Source of the DNA: Naegleria gruberi
Taxonomy: Eukaryota
Assembly: GCA_000004985.1 (NCBI GenBank)
Contig: GG738850.1
Direction: 5' to 3' (one strand)
Length of the DNA stretch: 64,000 nucleotides
Shown here: positions 56,167 to 64,000 of the stretch, piece by piece
Numbering within the stretch: the first letter of the stretch is position 1
How the letters are laid out: every line of letters begins with the position of its first letter
The notes under the pieces: model-generated
Told to the model about the DNA's origin: nothing
The model's input: only the letters and a program-made list of their open reading frames with translations
The model's database searches: none
Made by a program: the position numbers and the translations under genes

Positions 56167-56391
56167 TTGTTGTAATCAACAACAAACAATGTATAAACTA
56201 TAATTTATAATAATCTATTAATAGATGTTTAAATTGTAAATCACAAGAATAAAGTTAATATTGGAAATTGCTTTTAATGATATAAATTATTTCAATGAAT
56301 TAATCAACGACCAAAGATTGATGAGAGCACAGTGTTGTTTCTTCCTTGCTAGGCATTTAGAATAGTTTTATTTTGTAATTTACAATCATGT

Positions 56392-57695
56392 TTAGAGAGA
56401 GTATGATGAACAAACCTTCTCGCACAAGTCAACCAATTCATTATATAGCTCCTTATTTTTGGTAATTGGCAATGGTTCTTTAACTGCACATTGATCAAAG
56501 AATTTACCAGAAATTCCAGAAACATCTTTAGAACAAGCCAAATGGAGGGTGTTTTGACTACCAATTTCCAAATCTACAAAGAAAAAATATTGAATCAATG
56601 AAATCAAAGATTGGAGACCATAAGGAACCTCTCTCGATAATTCTGATTTGATAGCTCCTGGATGGCAAGCATTTACAGTAACTTTGCAATTTGGAGTATT
56701 CTTGATACGTTCATTAAAGTAATAGGTTTGATAAATATTACACAACTTGGTAAAACCATATTGCTTATTCTGGTTGACCAAGAAAAAATTAGAGAATGGT
56801 GTGACTGGCTTTTGTACACGATTCATCAATGTATGAACCTTCTTCTCAGTATTATAAAACTCATAATCCTTAATAAACATGTGAGCATATGAGGAAACAA
56901 TCACAATTCTAGCTCCATTAGGATTACCATTCATATTATTCCACAACAAGTCAACCAACAAATGATGACCCAATACATTCGATTGAAACATCTCCTCATA
57001 TCCTTGAACTGAATACCTTTCCCCTTTTATGAAATTAATTTACCATAAATTCAATTATTAACAAACCTACCTCCTACAGCACATCCTGCATTATTGATAA
57101 GAACATCCAATACTAAACCACCGTGTAAAAATTCCCTAGCACATTCTCTAACACTTTCCAAATTATTGAAATCCAATTTAATGAAATTCAAAGATCCTCC
57201 CTCATAGTTTACTTTCTTTTTCTTAATTTGTGAAATTACCTTTTGTGTCTTTTCTTCATTCCTACAAGCCATATAAACTGTAGCTCCCTGTCTATACAAT
57301 GCCTCAGCAGTATAGGAGCCAATACCTGCACTTGCACCTCTACAATATTTCAAATTATTCACAATGATGACAAATTGACCAAAAATTTAAATCATCACAA
57401 TTACCAGCAGATTTTAAATTCCCAATCAATCAATATTATTATTACTCCATCACCACACAAATAAAACAACGTACGTTATCAAGCAAACCTTTCCTCTCAT
57501 ATCTTCCTTCTCTCCATTAGTTCTCACTCCTCTCGTCATGAAATATTTCAGGAGCATGAGTGAGGATCCGACAATTCCTACTGCTGCTGCTGCTGTGCAA
57601 CCAATGGCAAACTGATGCTTTTCGAGTAGGGCAGAGTAGTAACCACCAGTAGTACTAGCGGCGCCTAGAAGATTGGAAAAATTGAAGAGCGGCAT
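56392..57695 (-). CDS. Membrane-anchored short-chain dehydrogenase/reductase (retinol-dehydrogenase / WWOX-like), 3 exons: 57475..57695, 57071..57339, 56392..57008 (about 368 aa)
   Basis: The N-terminal TM anchor exon ends ...MRGKVCLIT and is joined through a 136-nt intron (GTACGT donor) to GASAGIGSYTAEAL..., forming the TGxxxGxG Rossmann motif. NNAG; FQSNVLGHHLLVDLL (= N.LGHFLLT.LL); ARIVIVSS (Ser); YxxxK region; VNACHPGAIKSEL. The second intron is 62 nt (GTAGGT donor). Confidence 0.85.
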
Positions 57696-57775
57696 TTTTT
57701 TTCTAAATGCGCTCGAAAAATTGCCGCTCCAATAATTGATTTCAGAAATATGAAAACTTTATTGTGTCAAACTAA

Positions 57776-58615
57776 CTAAACAACAGGATTTTCTTTGGAT
57801 TTGATTCTCCTTCTCAAAACCAACACGATTACAACAACTGAAATGACAACAATCACCATCAAGCCACTAAATCCAAGAACTGAACCAACTATTGCTCCAG
57901 AAATTACCTCATTTTGGTCATGTGTTGAAAATTCCAACAAACACTGACTGTCCCATGCTTTACATTCAATTTGCAAATAGACAGGAACATGCTTTTCACT
58001 CTTTTTACTTTGTGGAATGTCAATATATTGAGAAATGGTATCAAATCTTGAGATTACCTTTGTTTCCAACTTTGGATCATCTTGCTTATTAAAAGTATAT
58101 CCAATGTTGAGTTTAATTGGTTCATATGGATAGTCATTCTTCACATCAATATATGTTTGTGAATCACCCTTAATTATATTTGAAAAATCCAATCTCAACA
58201 TGCAATTTTCACACATTAGATACGGAGAATTAAATTGAGGTATCTCAAAAACAGGACTGATGGTGCAATTGACACTAAATTCCACATCTGAAGAGAAAAT
58301 CAAATACCACGGTCCTCTATGCAACTTGAGGGAAAAATTGTTGACACTATCTCTATTCTCAATAATGGATTCCCAATTAAATGTCTCATTATTAAAGACA
58401 TTGTGAGAGCTGTACAAATTAACACGAGTACTAGCATTGAAATTTAACAAGTAGGATCCACCACTAATACCCTCCTCCTTTTCACTATTGATTAATTTAT
58501 AGAACATGTTGGAGCGTGTGGAGGAAGCAGCTACTCCGATAGATGATGAGCATACACACAACAGTAATAGAATGGTCAGCAGTAATAAAGAAGTGGTGCA
58601 GTTCAGTGATTTCAT
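57776..58615 (-). CDS. Type I membrane glycoprotein, hypothetical (279 aa)
   Basis: Signal peptide LLLLTILLLLCVCSS, several NxS/T sites, and a C-terminal TM segment AIVGSVLGFSGLMVIVVISVVVIVLVL followed by RRRIKSK. Confidence 0.55.
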   Translation of the reverse strand: MKSLNCTTSLLLLTILLLLCVCSSSIGVAASSTRSNMFYKLINSEKEEGISGGSYLLNFNASTRVNLYSSHNVFNNETFNWESIIENRDSVNNFSLKLHRGPWYLIFSSDVEFSVNCTISPVFEIPQFNSPYLMCENCMLRLDFSNIIKGDSQTYIDVKNDYPYEPIKLNIGYTFNKQDDPKLETKVISRFDTISQYIDIPQSKKSEKHVPVYLQIECKAWDSQCLLEFSTHDQNEVISGAIVGSVLGFSGLMVIVVISVVVIVLVLRRRIKSKENPVV

Positions 58616-59040
58616 TTTCTTTGGTTAGGAGTTGTGATGTGAAATTTTGCTATTTAAGGCGGAACTTTAATTTTCACTCCAACTCCAACGATTAATTGTA
58701 TCTCACCAACGTTGTTACTGTAAAGGAGAGTTGTTGTTGTTATTGTTGGATTCCATTACAATTCATTGGGGTCTGGATATAGGAGATGACTCATATATAC
58801 ATTAATTCATTATTATAATAACAGCATCTAAAACAACAATTACCAAGTGAAAAAAAAAGAATTGAAATCTATGCAACAACTACACTTGTTGTGGAGTTGG
58901 ATTTATTTGAGGGATTATGAAAATCAAATATTGAATTATAAAAATTGACAACTATTTGTTTATGTGCTCTTTCCACTTAATATGTTGTTTTTCAACTTTA
59001 ACCAATTTCTCTAAAATGGCCGATTTATAGGGTTAGATAG

Positions 59041-60729
59041 ATGGGAACCCCAGATTGGGGTAATGATTTAACACTCAACTATGACACTTGCAATATTATG
59101 TCACTCACACAAAAACAATCAAAAAAAATGAGTAAACGAAATAGACAAGATTTGGAAAATCAATTAATTAATTATTCGGAGGAAAATAATATGGACGAGA
59201 AAGCAAAAAAGGTTTCAATGCAACGACAAGAAATATTTTCAGATGATGTTTGTTTTGAAATAATTTGCATGCTCGATGATTCGTGGTTTATTTTGAATAA
59301 TTGTTCATTGATTTCAAAACAATTCTTTAATGTGATCAAGGAACGTTCAAAACTTGTTATTCAATTTAATCAAAAATTTACAGAAACAAGAATTGAATTA
59401 TTCATGAAAAGTCAATTTATGAATAGTATTGTTCATCTTAAATTTTATAGAAGCTCGCTTGACTCTATAGAACAAGTCAAATTAATAAGTGAAATGAAAC
59501 AATTAAAATTACTTGATATTCGTGGAATTCAAATAGGAGATGAAGGAGCCAAATTTATAAGTGAAATGAAACAATTGAGATCACTTAGTATTTATAACAA
59601 TCAAATTGGTGTAGCAGGAGTCAAATCAATAAGTGAAATGAAACAATTAACATCACTTGCAATTTGTAACAATCGAATTGGTGATGAAGGAGTCAAATTT
59701 ATAAGTGAAATGAAACAATTAACGTCACTTACTATATGTTACAATCAAATTGGTGTTGAAGGAGTAAAATCCATAATTGAAATGAACCAATTAAAATCAC
59801 TTAATATATCTTACAATGAAATTGGAGATGAAGGCGCGAAATCAATATGTGAAATGAAACAATTAACATCACTTAATATATGTGACAATCGAATTGGTGT
59901 AGAAGGAATCAAATCAATATGTGAAATGAAACAATTAACATTACTTAATATATCTAAGAATCAAATTGGTGATGAAGGAGTCAAATTCATAATTGAAATG
60001 AAGCAATTAACGTCACTTGACATATGTTACAATCGAATTGGTGATGAAGGAGCCAAATCCATAAGTGAAATGAAACAATTGAAATCACTTGATATTTATA
60101 ATAATCAAATTAGTGATGAAGGAGTCAAATTTATAAGTGAAATGAAACAATTAACATCACTTGATATTAGTGCAAATGAAATTGGTGTAGAAGGAACCAA
60201 ATCAATATGTGAAATGAAACAATTAACATTACTTAATATATCTAAGAATCAAATTGGTGATGAAGGAGTCAAATTCATAATTGAAATGAAGCAATTAACG
60301 TCACTTGACATATGTTACAATCGAATTGGTGATGAAGGAGCCAAATCCATAAGTGAAATGAAACAATTGAAATCACTTGATATTTATAATAATCAAATTA
60401 GTGATGAAGGAGTCAAATTTATAAGTGAAATGAAACAATTAACATCACTTGATATTAGTGCAAATGAAATTGGCGTTGAAGGAGTCAAATCAATAAGTGA
60501 AATGAAACAATTAACATCACTTAATATTAATAACAATGAAATTGGTGATGAAGGAGCCAAATTTATAAGTGAAATGAAACAATTAACATCACTTAATATA
60601 TGTTACAATCGAATTGGTGTTGAAGGAGTCAAATTAATAGGTGAAATGAAACAATTGAAATCACTTAATATTAATTACCAAAAGACGAAATCTAAGGATT
60701 TGGTATGGATTACAAATGAGACTGCTTAA
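59041..60729 (+). CDS. Leucine-rich-repeat protein of the ribonuclease-inhibitor (RNI/NLR-type) class, about 17 tandem 24-residue repeats (562 aa)
   Basis: Repeat consensus (K/S)ISEMKQLTSL(N/D)I(S/C/Y)xNxIGDEGVKF, i.e. LxxLxLxxNxIGxxGxxxL. The 120-aa N-terminal region is non-repetitive, and there is no NACHT/NB-ARC domain in this ORF. Confidence 0.8.
   Translation: MGTPDWGNDLTLNYDTCNIMSLTQKQSKKMSKRNRQDLENQLINYSEENNMDEKAKKVSMQRQEIFSDDVCFEIICMLDDSWFILNNCSLISKQFFNVIKERSKLVIQFNQKFTETRIELFMKSQFMNSIVHLKFYRSSLDSIEQVKLISEMKQLKLLDIRGIQIGDEGAKFISEMKQLRSLSIYNNQIGVAGVKSISEMKQLTSLAICNNRIGDEGVKFISEMKQLTSLTICYNQIGVEGVKSIIEMNQLKSLNISYNEIGDEGAKSICEMKQLTSLNICDNRIGVEGIKSICEMKQLTLLNISKNQIGDEGVKFIIEMKQLTSLDICYNRIGDEGAKSISEMKQLKSLDIYNNQISDEGVKFISEMKQLTSLDISANEIGVEGTKSICEMKQLTLLNISKNQIGDEGVKFIIEMKQLTSLDICYNRIGDEGAKSISEMKQLKSLDIYNNQISDEGVKFISEMKQLTSLDISANEIGVEGVKSISEMKQLTSLNINNNEIGDEGAKFISEMKQLTSLNICYNRIGVEGVKLIGEMKQLKSLNINYQKTKSKDLVWITNETA
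59476..60690 (+). repeat. 72-bp-period coding tandem repeat (about 17 units) including a near-perfect 288-bp (4-unit) tandem duplication at about 59905-60192 / 60193-60480
   Basis: Two 288-nt blocks, both starting aaatcaatatgtgaaatgaaacaattaacattacttaatatatctaagaatcaaattggtgatgaaggagtcaaattcataattg..., occur at an offset of exactly 288 nt. They differ at only 2-3 positions (gaatc vs gaacc; ggtgtag vs ggcgttg). Confidence 0.8.
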
Positions 60730-60914
60730 TCAACCTCACACTTAAAATAACTATTAACATTCTTCCCAATATCTACGGTCAGGTTCTCGACGGAATTGCA
60801 ACCGATTGTGAATTATTTACATTGAGTAAGGTTTGAGGTTAATGAGAGGCTAATAATAATAAAATAATAAAAATAGATTAGAATTATAAAATAATAAAAA
60901 TAGATTAGAAAAAA

Positions 60915-62231
60915 ATGTCTGATGATCAACAAGAGGACCTTTCACCTTCCCGTCCGACTGAAAAAGAAGTAAAACCACCACCCCTTCGAAAATATGGCAA
61001 TTTGAATGATGTGAGAGAGGCTCATTCGTTCTATGCTGTAGGAAATATGGCAACAATCTTTGTTTTTATGGCACAGAATAATGCAGATAGTTTTGAATTG
61101 ATTGCGTTGGAGGGAGAACAATTTCCTGACGAGGTACGTGATAAGCGTGTGTCGTTGATCTTATCTGGTGGGAGAGCAAGTGGAGTTTATTCAATATTTA
61201 TGATTAGAGGATTGGAAAAGAAAGGTTTCTTGTTGGGAAAGGGAGTTGTGAAATATTTTACATACGAAAGGTTGATGAATGATGTGGATAGTTCAAAATC
61301 GAGGAGATTTAATCGATGTTTGGCTTGTTGTGAGGGATATGTAATTTTAGAGATGGAGGATGAGGAATTGTATATATTTGAAATTGTGGATGAAGTTTTA
61401 AAACCATTTAAATTGGAAAAAAAAGTGAAACTAATTGCTCACAATATGATGTCTAGCACTGTTGCTGTGTATTTTACAGATCATACTTTGAGGATTGTAG
61501 ATTTGACAAATGACAACAAGTTGGGAAATGAAATTGAGTTAATTAATAATTCTCCAATCAAAGTCTTGGCGAAATATGCAGCAGATTTATTTATTTTCGT
61601 TCATCAGGATGATTCCATGTATATTTATAGAAATGATGAGGAAAGTGATGGGTTTGTTAGTATTCCAGACAATGTCACTACTCAAATCAAAACTGAGTTT
61701 TCATCTCCAATCAAACAATTGGTTGCTGGTTATTCACATTTTGTTGTTCTACTTGAAGATGGAAAATGTTATACCAGGTAGGTTATTTTGTAAATGATAT
61801 AGTTGAATTGAATGCTAATTCTCTTTTAATAACCAAGAGGGATGAACAATTATGGTCAAATAGATGGTAAAATGGGTGGTGAGGGCTCTACAGTGACTCA
61901 TTTTCATCCAATTCTTCACAATATTGGAACAGTGCTCTCTGTGAATTGTTCTTCATTATCCACAACTTTGGAAACAGAAAGTGAAATAGTTCTTGTCGGA
62001 GAAGTTTCTCAAACATTCCAAAAGTTAAGTTATCCTTATTGTCAGGGAATGAATAGCTTTTGGGTTCATAGAAAAGAATTCTCAGATGAAACAACTAGCT
62101 TTGGACCTTGGCATGGATTTATTTATAGAGCTAGTTTCCATAATTTACCTTGTAAGACATTACAATATTTCAAAAATAATTTGAGAATGTTGGTAAAGGT
62201 TCCTAAACTTTCTGATATTTCCATTCAATAA
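60915..62231 (+). CDS. Hypothetical protein with C-terminal RCC1-like repeat signature, 2 exons (60915..61777, 61838..62231), about 418 aa
   Basis: The first ORF ends at a GTAGGT donor (61778), followed by a 60-nt intron with a gctaat branch and an AG at 61836/37, in frame as ...GYSHFVVLLEDGKCYT|RGMNNYGQIDGK.... That junction reads as a G.SH..al.edG.vy.wG.N..GQLG RCC1-type blade. Confidence 0.5.
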
Positions 62232-62380
62232 TTGCCTATTAAATTAATTTTACAGCTCCATAAATTTCAAAACTCAAATATTGCGGAAGAACTGTTAAGG
62301 TAAACAACTTACTAACCTCACTCTAACCATGCAAAAAGAGTTTTATTTTATTGTTGTTTTATTGATCATTCCAAAGAAAA

Positions 62381-64000
62381 TCATTCTTCATTGAGGTAAT
62401 TCCAATTGTGAGGATCTGAATTTGGACATTGTGAATTCAGGACAATCTTATCAAACTTTAAGGTGATCAATTGCTGATTAGAGTTAATGACATGCATGAT
62501 ATTTGGTTTAGTACAGAAAGATCCAAGTACCCATCCAACTGTTTGATTGGCCTTTTTGAAGGATAGTTCGTTGTGATCGAAAAGAAGAACGTGGCCCTTT
62601 CCTTCATCTCCAAATCCAAGAATGGCCACAGTTGAGTCATTGATTTCACAAGCTGATTGAGGTGTTGGATGAATTCTAAAGTTCTTTGCCTCAAATGCCA
62701 AAGTAGGAATTGATTTGTCTGGATAGATTATTTTCCATGTCTTTTTCTTTAAATCAAAACAATGAACTTTTGAAAATGATTTCGTAGAGTCACTACCACC
62801 AATTATCAAAAGTGAATTCTTTTCTGGCAAATGAATGGCTGAATGCTGAGAGAGGGGATCAGGTAAATCGTTATGATCCTCTTGTTTAATTTTCTCCCAT
62901 GAAAAAGATGATAAATTCAATAGATACATGTCGTTGAAATATTCGTAAGGACCTCCCTTACAGACTTGTCCACCAAATATCAATATACTATTCAACTTTG
63001 CTATGTAAGTTGCAGAGTGGAAGGCACGTGCAGATGGAACTTCTCCTTTGGTTTTCACATTAATGAGAGAGGCAGCATTGATATCATAGCAAATGACATC
63101 ATTGTACTGATATTGAGAATCAAAACCACCAAATATGAAAACCATATCATTGACACATGTGGCAGAGTGTCCCCACTTGGTTTCTGTGACAAATTTCCCA
63201 CTCGTATTCTTCAACTTTGGCACAGAAACATTTCCAGTATTTACATCAATGAATTGAATCATTTGTCCTGCGGTAGCTCTTGGTCCTCCAATTACAATAA
63301 TTGTATCTTTCCATTGACAAGTGCTTGAGAATATTCTATCACCAATGGCTGCATTATTTACAGAGCTAACAGAAGAAACGAGCTTTTGATTTCTTTGCTT
63401 GGTAGTTGGCAATCTCATAACTCCTCGTACTTTAGGTTGTCTAATATAGAATTCATCATCGCTTGGACATACATTTGTGGTATGATATCTGGACTTACAT
63501 GAACCACATTCCTTAATGGAGTAATAGTTTCTTGTTTGGCCACAAACCAAGTAATAATATTTGAAGAATTCAGGAGGTACTGGATAGAGTGTTTGTTTGG
63601 AACCATAAAATCCACCACCAGTTTCCAAAGTCCTTGGTAGATCGTCCAAAGATTTGATTTCTCCAACTGGTTCAGTACAATACAATGAAGATGGTCTACC
63701 AAATAAACCAACAGTGTATGAATCAGAATCATCAGAATCATCTCCAATCCACCAATAATTTAGAGAAATAGAATTTCCATCTGAGAGTACCATGTGTGGC
63801 CATCCTTTTGGGATGAACATAACATCACCAGGATTCAGTGTGACACGAACAGGATTTGATTTGAAAAAGTTAGGGAAATTCAGTGCGATTTCAGAAGGTT
63901 CCTTAGTGAGATCGATACGTGTTTGTCTATCACTGGTTGGATGATCTTCCTCATTGAGATAGAGTAAGGATTTTTCCTTTGGCTCCCATAAAATCATGTG
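62381..64000 (-). CDS. JmjC/cupin C-terminal portion + Kelch-repeat beta-propeller protein; 5' end of gene is beyond the window
   Basis: VTLNPGDVMFIPKGWPHMV...SLNYWW is the C-terminal half of a JmjC fold (its N-terminal HxD/E part must lie upstream, off-window). It is followed by at least four Kelch blades (WGHSATCVNDMVFIFGG, RAFHSATYIAKLNSILIFGG, HSAIHLPEKNSLLIIGG, TVAILGFGDEG). The architecture resembles TYW-type or JmjC-Kelch hydroxylases. The stop is at 62381. Confidence 0.7.
   Translation of the reverse strand, partial: HMILWEPKEKSLLYLNEEDHPTSDRQTRIDLTKEPSEIALNFPNFFKSNPVRVTLNPGDVMFIPKGWPHMVLSDGNSISLNYWWIGDDSDDSDSYTVGLFGRPSSLYCTEPVGEIKSLDDLPRTLETGGGFYGSKQTLYPVPPEFFKYYYLVCGQTRNYYSIKECGSCKSRYHTTNVCPSDDEFYIRQPKVRGVMRLPTTKQRNQKLVSSVSSVNNAAIGDRIFSSTCQWKDTIIVIGGPRATAGQMIQFIDVNTGNVSVPKLKNTSGKFVTETKWGHSATCVNDMVFIFGGFDSQYQYNDVICYDINAASLINVKTKGEVPSARAFHSATYIAKLNSILIFGGQVCKGGPYEYFNDMYLLNLSSFSWEKIKQEDHNDLPDPLSQHSAIHLPEKNSLLIIGGSDSTKSFSKVHCFDLKKKTWKIIYPDKSIPTLAFEAKNFRIHPTPQSACEINDSTVAILGFGDEGKGHVLLFDHNELSFKKANQTVGWVLGSFCTKPNIMHVINSNQQLITLKFDKIVLNSQCPNSDPHNWNYLNEE

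Noticed and set aside
59476-60690. The regular 72-bp repeat array could superficially resemble a CRISPR-like repeat/spacer array
   Set aside because: It is a eukaryotic locus and the array is in-frame coding (LRR units) with no unique spacers; the periodicity is protein-repeat driven.

Overview
This is an AT-rich (about 30% GC) eukaryotic nuclear window with roughly 38 protein-coding genes on both strands and two Pol III tRNA genes, tRNA-Ile(AAT) and tRNA-Glu(TTC), with no rRNA or recognisable transposon. Many genes carry very short spliceosomal introns of about 40-60 nt, occasionally 95-135 nt, with GTAAGT/GTATGT donors and a CTAAC/CTAAT-like branch element 8-15 nt upstream of the AG. That intron type, together with the gene content (BLOC1S1, Nup93/Nic96, many BTB, F-box, Ras-like, TKL-kinase and LRR genes), suggests an early-diverging fungus or similar protist, but I cannot name the organism from sequence alone.

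Confidently recognisable housekeeping genes are mitochondrial EF-Tu, ribosomal protein eS1/S3a, an AMPK beta subunit N-terminal exon, a long-chain acyl-CoA synthetase (4 exons), a Rab GTPase (8 exons in 1 kb), a BLOC1S1/GCN5L1 orthologue, an SDR/retinol-dehydrogenase-like reductase, a GNAT acetyltransferase, two mitochondrial-carrier genes, an APT1-like esterase with signal peptide and C-terminal RDEL, a TBC (RabGAP) protein of more than 1,600 aa, and a triple-RRM RNA-binding protein.

The accessory-looking content comprises:
- a tandem array of three paralogous mini-genes encoding tail-anchored coiled-coil proteins that differ in copy number of a 21-bp (heptad) repeat;
- a 72-bp-period RNI-type LRR gene containing a perfect 288-bp internal duplication;
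- two unusual Ras-like GTPase fusions (BTB-BTB-GTPase and F-box-GTPase), the first with a degenerate P-loop;
- a receptor-like TKL kinase (EGF-like module, TM, kinase) whose catalytic HRD is HRN, a predicted pseudokinase;
- an NHL-repeat/EGF surface protein;
- a 25-nt exact NLS-encoding cassette shared by two unrelated genes.

Genes are tightly packed. Several convergent pairs have stop codons 1-12 bp apart.

Splice coordinates were derived by eye and checked against the ORF-track reading frames; they may be off by 1-2 nt.
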